Source: an uncultured Alphaproteobacteria bacterium
GTDB taxonomy: Bacteria; Pseudomonadota; Alphaproteobacteria; Acetobacterales; Acetobacteraceae
Assembly: GCA_963790535.1 (NCBI GenBank)
Contig: CAWBOZ010000008.1
Coordinates: 55,591-119,590, forward strand
Reading direction: 5' to 3'
Length of the DNA stretch: 64,000 nt
Part shown: positions 37,988-47,474 of the stretch, in pieces
How the letters are laid out: every line of letters starts with the position of its first letter
Position numbering within the stretch: the first letter of the stretch is position 1
Position numbers and translations under genes: made by a program
Notes under the pieces: model-generated
Told to the model about the DNA's origin: nothing
Database searches by the model: none
What the model saw: only the letters and a program-made list of their open reading frames with translations

Positions 37988-39253
37988 ATGGCCACACCCA
38001 TCAGCAGACGAACCGCCCTCGCGCTCGCCGGCGCCGCGGCAGGGTCAGGGGCCATCACCGGCTTCCCGACGATCTGGGCGCAGACCATCAAGGACGTGAC
38101 GCTGCGCCAGTTCGGCACCGGTGTCTCGAACCTGAACGCCATCTCCGAGAAGGTGAAGCAGGACCTCGGCTTCACCCTGCAGATGACCGCGCTCGACAGC
38201 GACGCCGTGACGCAGAAGGCGGTGACGCAGCCGCGCTCCTACGACATCGCGGACATCGAGTACTGGATCTGCAAGAAGATCTTCCCGAGCGGCGTCCTGC
38301 AGCCGATGCAGACGGACAAGATCAAGCTCTACGACAAGATCGTGCCCCTCTTCACAACCGGGCACCTCACGCCCGCGACGCCCATCGCCCAGGGCACCGC
38401 GCCCAACACGGTCGGCTACGTCGAGAAGCCCGGCGCCAAGACTTTCGCCACGCAGCCGACCGGGTGGATGACGCTCATCCCCACGATCTACAACGCCGAC
38501 ACGCTCGGCATCCGCCCCGACCTCGTGGGCCGCCCGATCACGAACTGGCGCGACCTCGTGGACCCCGCGTTCAAGGGCAAGTCCGCGATCCTGAACATCC
38601 CAAGCATCGGGATCATGGACGCCGCGATGGTCATGGAGAGCCTGGGCAAGATCAAATATGGCGACAAGGGAAACATGACGAAGGACGAGATCGACAAGAC
38701 GATCGCGTTCCTCATAGAGACCAAGAAGGCGGGACAGTTCCGCGCCTTCTGGAAGAGCTTCGATGAGAGCGTGAACCTGATGTCCTCGGGCGAGGTGGTG
38801 ATCCAGTCCATGTGGTCGCCGGCCGTGACCGCCGTGCGCGCGAAAGACATCCCCTGCAAGTATCAGCCGCTCGCCGAAGGCTACCGCGCCTGGGGCGGGG
38901 GCCTCGGCATCGCGACCCACCTCAAGGGGATCGAGCTGGACGCCGCCTACGAGTACATCAACTGGTATCTCTCCGGCTGGTGCGGCGCTTACCTCAACAG
39001 GCAAGGTTATTACAGCGCCGTGCTGGAGACCGCGAAGGAGAACATGAGCGCGAACGAGTGGGGCTACTGGATGGAAGGCAAGCCTGCGACCGCGGACATC
39101 GTCTCGCCCGAGGGCAAGGTCATAGACAAGGCCGGCGCCGTGCGCGACGGCGGCTCGTTCATGGAGCGCATGGGTCACATCGCCTGCTGGAACTCGGTGA
39201 TGGACCAGGACCGCTACATGGTTGGGAAATGGAACGAGTTCATCTCGGCGTGA
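37988..39253 (+). CDS. ABC transporter substrate-binding protein (PotD/PotF-like, Tat signal)
   Basis: MATPISRRTALALAGAAAGSGAITGFPTIWAQ; 421 aa; GAGGAG RBS. Confidence 0.85.
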   Translation: MATPISRRTALALAGAAAGSGAITGFPTIWAQTIKDVTLRQFGTGVSNLNAISEKVKQDLGFTLQMTALDSDAVTQKAVTQPRSYDIADIEYWICKKIFPSGVLQPMQTDKIKLYDKIVPLFTTGHLTPATPIAQGTAPNTVGYVEKPGAKTFATQPTGWMTLIPTIYNADTLGIRPDLVGRPITNWRDLVDPAFKGKSAILNIPSIGIMDAAMVMESLGKIKYGDKGNMTKDEIDKTIAFLIETKKAGQFRAFWKSFDESVNLMSSGEVVIQSMWSPAVTAVRAKDIPCKYQPLAEGYRAWGGGLGIATHLKGIELDAAYEYINWYLSGWCGAYLNRQGYYSAVLETAKENMSANEWGYWMEGKPATADIVSPEGKVIDKAGAVRDGGSFMERMGHIACWNSVMDQDRYMVGKWNEFISA

Positions 39254-39355
39254 CGGCGGCTGGCCCCCTCCTCCGTGATGCGCGGCCTCCGGATCGAGTC
39301 CGGGGACAGGCTCCGGCGGACATCCACGATTTGCCCGCGCGCACGAAAGTCGTAG

Positions 39356-39378
39356 ATGGCCGGGACAAGCCCGGCCAT
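39356..39378. repeat. 9-bp-stem palindrome inside an intergenic REP-like unit
   Basis: ATGGCCGGG-ACAAG-CCCGGCCAT. The surrounding approx. 39280-39395 translates to the junk peptide ..VVDGRDKPGHD.., which I recognise from dispersed intergenic repeats of alphaproteobacterial genomes. Confidence 0.6.
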
Positions 39379-39414
39379 GACGCGGGAAGGTCAAGGGGCA
39401 GCGCTGCCCCTCTC

Positions 39415-40239
39415 TTGCAGGCCTTGCCGCTCGCGCTCGTGCTCGGCATCTTTCTCCTGCTGCCGCTCCTCGCGCTCGTCGTCGTGTCGTTCTTCGACTA
39501 TGACAGCGTCCGCCTCATCCCGGCCTTCATCCTCGGCAACTACCGCGACGCGCTCTTCTCCGCCGTGACCTGGCGAACCTACCTCAACACCGCCAAGTAT
39601 GCCGCGCTCACCTGGGCGGCGACGCTCGCCATCGGCTTCCCGGTCGCATACTTCCTCGCCTTCCAGGTGCGTTCGCGCGCGATGCAGATGGGGCTGTTCC
39701 TGATCTGCACGGTGCCGTTCCTCACGTCCAACATCATCCGCATGATCTCGTGGATTCCCTTCCTCGGGCGCAACGGGCTGATCAACGGCCTGCTCCTCCA
39801 CGTGGGCGCGATACGCTCGCCGCTGGAGTTCCTGCTCTACTCCGATTTCTCGGTCGTGCTGGCCTTCGTTCATCTTTATGCCTTGTTCATGATCACGCCG
39901 ATCTTCAACGCCATGGTGCGCATGGACCGGCGCCTGATCGAGGCGGCCGTGGACGCGGGAGCAAAGCCCTGGCAGGTAGTGCGCGACGTGGTAGTGCCGC
40001 TGAGCAAGCCCGGCATCGCCATCGGCTCGATCTTCGTCGTGACGCTCGTGATGGGCGACTTCGTGACCGTGCAGGTCATGGGCGGCGGGCAGCGCGCCTC
40101 GGTCGGGCTGATGATCTACAACGAGATCTCGCTGCTCCAATACCCGGCGGCCTGCGCCAACGCCGTCATCCTGCTGCTCGTGGTGCTGCTGATGGTGGGT
40201 GCGATCCTGCGCACGGTGAACATCCGGGGCGAGCTCTGA
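39415..40239 (+). CDS. ABC transporter permease (PotB-like)
   Basis: Start uncertain (TTG 39415). LALVLGIFLLLPLLALVVVSFFDYD..TVPFLTSNIIRMISWIPFLGRNGLING..IEAAVDAGAKPWQV. Confidence 0.7.
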   Translation: MQALPLALVLGIFLLLPLLALVVVSFFDYDSVRLIPAFILGNYRDALFSAVTWRTYLNTAKYAALTWAATLAIGFPVAYFLAFQVRSRAMQMGLFLICTVPFLTSNIIRMISWIPFLGRNGLINGLLLHVGAIRSPLEFLLYSDFSVVLAFVHLYALFMITPIFNAMVRMDRRLIEAAVDAGAKPWQVVRDVVVPLSKPGIAIGSIFVVTLVMGDFVTVQVMGGGQRASVGLMIYNEISLLQYPAACANAVILLLVVLLMVGAILRTVNIRGEL

Positions 40240-41051
40240 TGCGCCTGCGCCGGGCGCTGCTCGCCGGGTTCTTCGCGCTGTTCGTGCTGTTCCTCTACGG
40301 GCCGACGGCGACGATCCTCGTCCTGTCCTTCCAGGGGCCGGATGGCGGCCTCACCTTCCCGATGAACGGAGTCTCGCTGCACTGGTTCGCAGGCCTCTTC
40401 GGGACGCAGCGGGTCGGCGACCTGGGCGGCGCGTTCCGCCGCTCCATCGCGCTCGCCTTCATGGTCATGGCGGCGACGGTGCTGGTCGTGCTGCCGGCCG
40501 GCCTCGCCTTTCGCCGACGGTTCCCCGGCAGCGGCGCGCTGCTCACCCTCACGGTCGCGAGCCTGATCGTGCCCTCGATCCTGGTGAGCCTTGGCGTCGG
40601 CCTCCTGTTCAGCGCGGTCGGGCTCGATGCCGATTGGTGGAGCAGCGCGTTCGGCGCGCAGCTCACCTGGACGCTGCCGTTCGGCGTGCTGGTCATGTTC
40701 GCGGTGTTCAACCGCTTCGACAAATCCTGGGAGGAGGCGGCGCGCGACCTCGGCGCGTCGCCGTGGCAGGTGTTCAGCCAGGTCGTGCTGCCGATCATCC
40801 TGCCCGGCGTCGTCGGAATTGCCTTGTTCGGCTTCACCTTGTCCTACGACGAGTTCGCCCGCACCCTGCTCACGGCCGGGAGCAGCAACACGCTGCCGCT
40901 GGAGATCTTCGGGATGACCACGAACATCACGACGCCCGTGCTCTACGCACTCGGCACGCTGACGACGGGGTTGTCGTTCCTGGCCATCGGCGCTGCGCTC
41001 GGCGCCATCACGGCGCTCGCGCGGCGCCGGGCGCGGCGGGTCGCGGCGTAG
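40239..41051 (+). CDS. ABC transporter permease (PotC-like)
   Basis: ATG 40239 overlaps the upstream stop (TGATG). MRLRRALLAGFFALFVLFLYGP..WEEAARDLGASPWQVFSQVVLPI. Confidence 0.85.
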   Translation: MRLRRALLAGFFALFVLFLYGPTATILVLSFQGPDGGLTFPMNGVSLHWFAGLFGTQRVGDLGGAFRRSIALAFMVMAATVLVVLPAGLAFRRRFPGSGALLTLTVASLIVPSILVSLGVGLLFSAVGLDADWWSSAFGAQLTWTLPFGVLVMFAVFNRFDKSWEEAARDLGASPWQVFSQVVLPIILPGVVGIALFGFTLSYDEFARTLLTAGSSNTLPLEIFGMTTNITTPVLYALGTLTTGLSFLAIGAALGAITALARRRARRVAA

Positions 41052-41071
41052 GCGGGCGGAGAGGGAGATTC

Positions 41072-42517
41072 ATGGCTGACTACGACCTGGTGATCCGGGG
41101 CGGCACCGTGGTGACGGCCGCCGACCAGTTCCGCGCCGACGTGGGCGTGCGCGCCGGACGCGTCGCGGCGCTGGGGGATGGGCTGCGCGGCGACCGGGAG
41201 CTGGACGCGGGCGGGTTGCTCGTGATGCCGGGCGGCGTGGATACGCATTGCCACATCGAGCAGCTTCGCGAGGGTGGCGAGGCCGACGAGGAAACCTGGG
41301 AGACCGGCAGCCGCAGCGCGCTCGCGGGCGGGACGACCAGCGTCGTCACCTTCTCCATGCAGTTCAAGGGCCGCGCCATCGCGCCGTCCCTTGCCGACTA
41401 TCGTGGACGGGCGGAACGGGGCGCGATGGTGGATTACAGCTTCCACCAGATCGTCACCGACCCCACGGACGAGGTGCTCGCGGAACTCCCCGGCATCGTG
41501 GAGAGCGGGATACGCAGCTTCAAAGTGTTCCTGACCTACGATCCCCTGCGGCTCGACGACCGACAGTTCCTCCGCGTCCTCGCCGCCGCGCGGCGCACGG
41601 GGGCGCTCGTCACCGTCCACTGCGAGAACTACGATGCCATCGCCTGGCGCACGGAGGCCCTGCTGGCCGCTGGCATGACGGCGCCCAAGTATCACGCCTG
41701 GTCGCGCCCCAGCGTGATCGAGCGCGAGGCGACGCACCGGGCGGTGGCGCTGGCGGAGCTGGTGGACCAGCCAATCCAAGTGTTCCACGTCTCCTGTCCC
41801 GAGGCGGCCGACGAGATCAGGCGCGGGCAGGAGCGGGGCCTCAAGGTGTGGGGCGAGACGTGCCCGCAGTATTTCATGCTGAGCGCCGCGGACATGGATC
41901 GGCCCGGCTTCGAGGGCGCCAAATGGATGTGCAGCCCGGCGCCCCGCAATGCGGCCGCGAGCGCCGGGCTTTGGGACGCGATCCGGTTGGGAACGCTCGA
42001 CGTGGTGAGCAGCGACCACTCCGGCTGGAGCTACGAGGGGCCGCGCGGCAAGCGGGTGAACGGGACGGACGCGCCGTTCCGCGATATCCCGAACGGCGTG
42101 CCGGGCCTGGCGGCGCGGCTGCCGATCCTGTGGAGCGAAGGGGTGGGCAAGGGCCGCATCACGGCGTGCGACTTCGTGCGCCTGGTCGCGCACCAGCCCG
42201 CGCGGCTGTTCGGGCTGCAAGGCAAGGGCACGGTGGCACCCGGCGCCGACGCGGACCTGGTGCTGTGGGATCCGGGAAAGCGCGTGACGTTGACCAACGC
42301 GCTCATGCAGCAGGCGATAGACTACACGCCCTACGAAGGGATGGAGGTCACGGGTTGGCCGGTTGCGACGGTGCGCCGGGGTGAGGTCGTGATGCAGGAT
42401 GGGCGCGTGCAGGCCGCGCCCGGCAGCGGGCAGTTTCTCGCGCGCGGCCCCTACGCGCTCATCAAGCCGCGCGGCGTGCTGCCGGATGGGTTCGACGCGA
42501 GCGCGTTCAGCGGCTGA
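41072..42517 (+). CDS. dihydropyrimidinase / D-hydantoinase (cyclic amidohydrolase)
   Basis: MADYDLVIRGGTVVTA..GGVDTHCHIEQ..FKVFLTY..VHCEN..VFHVS..SSDHS; 481 aa. Confidence 0.85.
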   Translation: MADYDLVIRGGTVVTAADQFRADVGVRAGRVAALGDGLRGDRELDAGGLLVMPGGVDTHCHIEQLREGGEADEETWETGSRSALAGGTTSVVTFSMQFKGRAIAPSLADYRGRAERGAMVDYSFHQIVTDPTDEVLAELPGIVESGIRSFKVFLTYDPLRLDDRQFLRVLAAARRTGALVTVHCENYDAIAWRTEALLAAGMTAPKYHAWSRPSVIEREATHRAVALAELVDQPIQVFHVSCPEAADEIRRGQERGLKVWGETCPQYFMLSAADMDRPGFEGAKWMCSPAPRNAAASAGLWDAIRLGTLDVVSSDHSGWSYEGPRGKRVNGTDAPFRDIPNGVPGLAARLPILWSEGVGKGRITACDFVRLVAHQPARLFGLQGKGTVAPGADADLVLWDPGKRVTLTNALMQQAIDYTPYEGMEVTGWPVATVRRGEVVMQDGRVQAAPGSGQFLARGPYALIKPRGVLPDGFDASAFSG

Positions 42518-42701
42518 GCAAGGGGTGGGTGACAGGGACCTGTACCAGTCAACACAAGTGCCAGGGACGACCTCGCATCTATTGTATGGAGGTTGAAACC
42601 GTAACCGAACTATGGTGCCGGAGCTGCCGGAGGTTGCTGGCGTGCAGGACGGGCGATGGTAGCCGAGGCTGGCTGCGGCCCGCACCGTGAAAGAGAAGCG
42701 C

Positions 42702-44180
42702 ATGCACCAGGTTCTGATTGTTGGCGCCGGACCTGTCGGACTCACCCTAGCGGCGGAACTGGCACGGTATGGGGTGCAGGTCCGCATCATCGATCGCAGC
42801 CCGCATCCGACCGAGACCTCCAAGGCCCTCGTCATCTGGAGCCGCACGCTCGAACTGATGGACCGAATGGGCTGTACACCCGCTTTCCTCGACGCCGGGC
42901 TGCCAGCCCGTGGGGCGTCCATCCGCAGCGGCCGGACCGTGCTGGGGCACGCCGGGTTCGACGGCGTCGCTAGTCCTTACAATTTTGCCCTGATGATCCC
43001 GCAATGCGACACGGAACGGCTGCTGACCGCGCATCTCAAGTCTCTCGGCGTGACGGTGGAACGGACGGTGGAGCTGTTGGGCTTCAGCGAGACGGCAGAC
43101 CACGTCGAGGCGCGCCTGGGCCACGCCGACGGGCGGGAAGAGACGGTCGAGACATCCTGGCTGATCGGCTGCGACGGCGCGCACAGCACGGTGCGGCACG
43201 GCCTCGCCCTCGCGTTCCAGGGCGTGGCGCAGGGTGACGACTGGATGCTTGCCGACGTTCGATTGGAAGGTGACGGCACGCCGCCGGGCGACGAGATCGC
43301 CACGTTCCTGCATCGGGACGGGCCGTTCGTCATCTTTCCGATTCCCGGCGGCCGGGCGCGGATCGTCGCTACCGTGGGCAAGACGGTGGCGGGACAGTCC
43401 AGGCCGGATCCGACGCTCTCGGAGGTGCAGGCCATGGCGGACGAGCGCACCGGCGGCGGCTTCCGCGTTGTTGATCCCATTTGGCTGGCTAATTTCCGCA
43501 TCAACGAGCGCAAGGTGTCCGACTACGCGAAGGGGCGGGTCTTCCTGGCCGGAGACGCCGCGCACGTCCACAGCCCCGCCGGCGGCCAGGGCATGAATAC
43601 CGGCATGCAGGACGCTTTCAACCTGTCCTGGAAACTGGCCATGGTGATCCGGGGAGAGGCCCCGCGCACCTTACTCGACAGTTACACGCCAGAGCGGAGC
43701 GCGGTGGGCGACATGGTGCTGCGCAACGCGACCCTGCTGACAGACATGGGGACACTCGCCCATCCTGGTGCGCAGGCCGCCCGCAACCTCGCCCTGCGCT
43801 TCATGCTCGGCTTCTACGCCGTGCAGGAACGAATGGCCGCCACCATGAGCGAGGTCGAGATCGCCTATGCGAAGAGTCCCCTCTCGCGCGGCCGCCACGC
43901 GGGTGACCGGCTGCCGCCGGAGCAGTATGCTGGGCCGCCGCCGGGTAACGGGGCCGCGCCTCGCTTCGTGCTGTTCGCGGCCGACGGCGTGAGGGGCGCG
44001 GCGTTGGCGGCGCGCTTCCCTGGCGTGCTCGACCCGAGCCCACGGACACCGCCCGACCCGCACAGGCTCCTCATCGTCCGGCCTGACGGCTATGTCGGCC
44101 TGTCTGCCGCCGGCACCGATTGGGCGGAGGCGGAGCGTTACCTCCGCCTGCTGGCCGTCCCAGCTGCTGGTCTCAGCTGA
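42702..44180 (+). CDS. FAD-dependent aromatic-ring monooxygenase (PheA/TfdB family)
   Basis: MHQVLIVGAGPVGLTLAAELARYG..GRVFLAGDAAHVHSPAGGQGMNTGMQDAFNLSWKLA. Confidence 0.8.
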   Translation: MHQVLIVGAGPVGLTLAAELARYGVQVRIIDRSPHPTETSKALVIWSRTLELMDRMGCTPAFLDAGLPARGASIRSGRTVLGHAGFDGVASPYNFALMIPQCDTERLLTAHLKSLGVTVERTVELLGFSETADHVEARLGHADGREETVETSWLIGCDGAHSTVRHGLALAFQGVAQGDDWMLADVRLEGDGTPPGDEIATFLHRDGPFVIFPIPGGRARIVATVGKTVAGQSRPDPTLSEVQAMADERTGGGFRVVDPIWLANFRINERKVSDYAKGRVFLAGDAAHVHSPAGGQGMNTGMQDAFNLSWKLAMVIRGEAPRTLLDSYTPERSAVGDMVLRNATLLTDMGTLAHPGAQAARNLALRFMLGFYAVQERMAATMSEVEIAYAKSPLSRGRHAGDRLPPEQYAGPPPGNGAAPRFVLFAADGVRGAALAARFPGVLDPSPRTPPDPHRLLIVRPDGYVGLSAAGTDWAEAERYLRLLAVPAAGLS

Positions 44181-44913
44181 CCGCCGTCGCATCCTGCCCA
44201 TGGACAACCGCGCCGATGTAGATATCCGCGAGCGCCGGGTCGCGGATCAGCGCGTCGGTTGGCCCCTCCGCCTCGACGCGGCCGCGGCTCAGCACGTAGC
44301 AGCGCTCGGTCATCGCGGCGGCGAGGGTGACGTTCTGCTCGACCAGGAGGATCGCCGTCCCTGACTCGCGCACTCCTTGCAGGATCTCGCGCACACTCGC
44401 GACCGCGACGGGCGAGAGACCGCTCGACGGCTCGTCCATCAGCAGCAGCCGCGGCTTCGCCATCAGCGCGCGGCCGATCGCTAGGAGCTGCTGCTCGCCG
44501 CCGCTGAACGAGCCTGCAAGCTCGCGGCGGCGCTCGCGGAGCAGGCGGAAGCGCTCGTAGATCGAGGCGAGGCGGGCGTGGGCCTCGCGCCGGCCCGCGC
44601 GGTAGGCGCCGAGCAGGAGATTGTCCTCGACCGACATCGCCGGGAACACCTGCCGCCCCTCCGGGCAGAGCGACAGCCCGGCCTCGACCCGGCGCCGCGT
44701 CGGCAGCCCGGCGACATCCTGCCCGTCAAGCCGGATCACGCCCGCCGCCGCCGCGACGCGGCCCATGATGGCGCGGAGCAGCGTCGTCTTGCCGGCGCCG
44801 TTCGCGCCGAGCACGGCGACCGAGCCGCCCGCGTCCACCGCGAGTTCGACGCCGCGGAGCGCCGGGACGGTGCCGAAGGCGACGTCGAGGCCGGAGACGA
44901 CGAGCAGTGCCAT
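44173..44913 (-). CDS. branched-chain amino-acid ABC transporter ATP-binding protein (LivF-like)
   Basis: VLGANGAGKTTLLRAIMG..FSGGEQQLLAIGRALMAKPRLLLMDEPSSGL. Confidence 0.85.
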   Translation of the reverse strand: MALLVVSGLDVAFGTVPALRGVELAVDAGGSVAVLGANGAGKTTLLRAIMGRVAAAAGVIRLDGQDVAGLPTRRRVEAGLSLCPEGRQVFPAMSVEDNLLLGAYRAGRREAHARLASIYERFRLLRERRRELAGSFSGGEQQLLAIGRALMAKPRLLLMDEPSSGLSPVAVASVREILQGVRESGTAILLVEQNVTLAAAMTERCYVLSRGRVEAEGPTDALIRDPALADIYIGAVVHGQDATAVS

Positions 44914-45615
44914 TCAGGTTCCCAGGTAGGCCGCGACGACGTCGGGGTTCGCGCGGATCTCCGCGGGCGTCCCCTCGGCGAGCAGCCGGCCGGCGTTCAT
45001 CGCGGCGATGCGGTCGGCAAGCCCCATCATCAGGTGCATGTTGTGCTCGACGATCATCACGGTCACGCCGAGCGTGTCGCGGACGCGGCGGATCGCGCGC
45101 GCGAGGGCCGCCGCCTCCGAGGGCGCCATGCCGACCGCCGGCTCGTCGAGCAGCAGCAGGCACGGGCGCGTCGCGAGGGCTACGGCGATCATCGCGAGCC
45201 GCTGCTCGGCGTTCGAGAGCGCGGCGCAGACGACCCCGCCGCGTCCCGCAAGCCCGGTGAGTTCGAGCAGCGCCGCGGCGTCCGGCCCGCCGCCGCGGAC
45301 GCCGGACGCGACCAGCAGGTTCTCATCGAGCGTCCAGCGCGGGAAGAGGCGCGTCGTCTGGAAGGTCCGCGCGACGCCCGCCTCGACGGTTCGGTGCGCG
45401 GAGAGCCGGTCGAGCCGCCGCCCGCCGAGCAGGATTGTGCCGCGATCCGCGCGGTAGGTGCCGCTCAGCAGGCCGAGGAAGGTCGTCTTGCCGGAGCCGT
45501 TCGGGCCGATGATGCCGAAGATCATCCCCGCCTCGACCGCGACCCCCATGCCGTCCACGGCGCGCACGCCGCCGAACGCCTTGGCGAGATCGCGCACCTC
45601 CAGGAGCGCGGTCAT
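44914..45615 (-). CDS. branched-chain amino-acid ABC transporter ATP-binding protein (LivG-like)
   Basis: IIGPNGSGKTTFLGLLSG..LSNAEQRLAMIAVALATRPCLLLLDEPAVGM. Confidence 0.85.
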   Translation of the reverse strand: MTALLEVRDLAKAFGGVRAVDGMGVAVEAGMIFGIIGPNGSGKTTFLGLLSGTYRADRGTILLGGRRLDRLSAHRTVEAGVARTFQTTRLFPRWTLDENLLVASGVRGGGPDAAALLELTGLAGRGGVVCAALSNAEQRLAMIAVALATRPCLLLLDEPAVGMAPSEAAALARAIRRVRDTLGVTVMIVEHNMHLMMGLADRIAAMNAGRLLAEGTPAEIRANPDVVAAYLGT

Positions 45616-46595
45616 CGCCGCCCCCGCCTCATGACGGCGCCTGCGACGGCATCCACCGCGCTCATCAGCCCGCCTGGGATGAGCAGCGTGACCGCGACGA
45701 ACACGACCCCCACCAGCAGCAGCCCGATGCCCGACGGCAGGTTCAGCAGGTCGGGGACGCCCACGATGAAGGCGCTGCCGAGCAGCGGCCCGAGCACGCG
45801 CCCGGCACCGCCGACGCTCAGCGCCACGAACATGACGAAGCCGACATCGGCGGCGAAGAGGTCGGGCGAGATCGTGCCGTTGTACTGCGCGATCAGCACG
45901 CCCGCGCCGCCGCCGACCAGCGCCGAGAGCACGAAGCCCGCGAGCTTGGCGCGCGCCGTCGGCACCCCGACATGCTCGGCGAGGTCCTCGTCCTCGCGCA
46001 CCGTGAGCAGGCGGCGGCCGAGCCGGTGCGCCGAGATGAAGCGGAACAGCATGAGCGCGGCCCCGGCGCAGGCGGGGATGACCGCGTTGAGTTCGTCGGC
46101 GCTGTCGAACGCGAAGGGCACGCTGAGGCCGAGCGCGCCCTGGGTGAACGACGCCCAGTTCACGAGGACGAGGGCCACCACGGCACCGAAGAACAAGGTG
46201 CCGATCGCGAAATACTGGCCGCGCACCCGCGAGAACACGAGGCCGATCAGCAAGCCCGCCGCCCCCGCGAGCGCGAACGCGGCCAGCACGGCGAGCCAGA
46301 ACGGGGCGCCGTGGGCGAGCGCGAGGCTCGAACCGTAGGCGCCGAGACCGTAGAAGGCAGCCTGCACCAGGCTCGGATAGCCGCCTAGCCCGGCGATGAT
46401 GTTCAACCCGCTGGTCGCGACGGTCCAGATCAGGATGGAGGCGAGAACGCTCGAGTAGAACGCGTTGACATGGGTCAGCAGCAGCCAGAGCGCGAACGCG
46501 AGCAGCGCGAGGCCCGCGTAGTCGCGCCCGGCACGGAGCGCGGCTAAGCGGCCGGCCTGCGCAGGGGCGCGCAGCACCGGCGAGGCAGCGTCCAT
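45612..46595 (-). CDS. branched-chain amino-acid ABC transporter permease (LivM-like)
   Basis: 327 aa, polytopic; GLNIIAGLGGYPSLVQAAFYGLGAY. Confidence 0.85.
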   Translation of the reverse strand: MDAASPVLRAPAQAGRLAALRAGRDYAGLALLAFALWLLLTHVNAFYSSVLASILIWTVATSGLNIIAGLGGYPSLVQAAFYGLGAYGSSLALAHGAPFWLAVLAAFALAGAAGLLIGLVFSRVRGQYFAIGTLFFGAVVALVLVNWASFTQGALGLSVPFAFDSADELNAVIPACAGAALMLFRFISAHRLGRRLLTVREDEDLAEHVGVPTARAKLAGFVLSALVGGGAGVLIAQYNGTISPDLFAADVGFVMFVALSVGGAGRVLGPLLGSAFIVGVPDLLNLPSGIGLLLVGVVFVAVTLLIPGGLMSAVDAVAGAVMRRGRR

Positions 46596-46605
46596 CAGCG
46601 CCGCG

Positions 46606-47472
46606 TCACGCGACGCGCCGCGAGCGCGTCGTGAACAGGCCCGAGGGCCGGAACACGATCACCAGCAGCAGCACCGCGAAGCCGAACACCGCCTGGTAGG
46701 CGGCCGAGCCATAGACGGCGCCGAGGCTCTCGACGACGCCGACGAGCAACCCGCCACTCACCGCGCCCCAGACGTTGCCGAGTCCGCCGAGGATGACGAC
46801 GACGAACGCGTCGAGGATGATGTTGTCCGCCATGTAGGGGAAGACGGCGTAGGTCGGCGCATAGGCGAAGGCGGCGACCCCCGCGAGCAGGCCCGAGATG
46901 AGGAAGGCGACGACGTATTGCCGCTCCAGATCTATGCCCAGGATCGCCGCCGCCTCGCTGTTCTGCGACACGGCGCGGATCGCCCGGCCGACGCTCGTGC
47001 GGCTCAGCACGAGATGCAGCACGAGGAGTGCTGCCGCGGCCGTCACGACGACGGCGACGCCGACCGCCGAGACGGTCGCCGAGCCGATGTGCACGACGTC
47101 CGCGGCGTAAGGCGGCGAGAGCGAGACGTGGTCGCCGCCCCACAGCTCCAGGGCGCTGTTGTCGAGCACGAGCAGGAGGCCGAGCGCCACGACGGGGGCG
47201 GCGAGCGGCCGGGTGCGCACGTATCGGTAGGCGAGCCGCTCGGTGAGCACCGAGAGCACGCCCGCCGCCAGGATCCCACAGGCGACCGCGACCCAGAACG
47301 GCAGGCCCACGCCCTGGTTGAGCCAGAGCATGACGTAGGCGGCGAGCGTTATGACACCGGCCTGCGCGAAGTTCGGCACCTCCATCACGCCATAAACGAG
47401 CGTGAGCCCGGCGCCGAGCAAGGCGTAGAGCGAGCCGAGGACGATGCCGTTCAGGATCGCCTGGAAGAGCAC
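46606..47472 (-). CDS. branched-chain amino-acid ABC transporter permease (LivH-like)
   Basis: GTG 47472 gives VLFQAILNGIVLGSLYALLGAGLTLVYGVMEVPNFAQ. Confidence 0.85.
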   Translation of the reverse strand: MLFQAILNGIVLGSLYALLGAGLTLVYGVMEVPNFAQAGVITLAAYVMLWLNQGVGLPFWVAVACGILAAGVLSVLTERLAYRYVRTRPLAAPVVALGLLLVLDNSALELWGGDHVSLSPPYAADVVHIGSATVSAVGVAVVVTAAAALLVLHLVLSRTSVGRAIRAVSQNSEAAAILGIDLERQYVVAFLISGLLAGVAAFAYAPTYAVFPYMADNIILDAFVVVILGGLGNVWGAVSGGLLVGVVESLGAVYGSAAYQAVFGFAVLLLVIVFRPSGLFTTRSRRVA

Positions 47473-47474
47473 CG

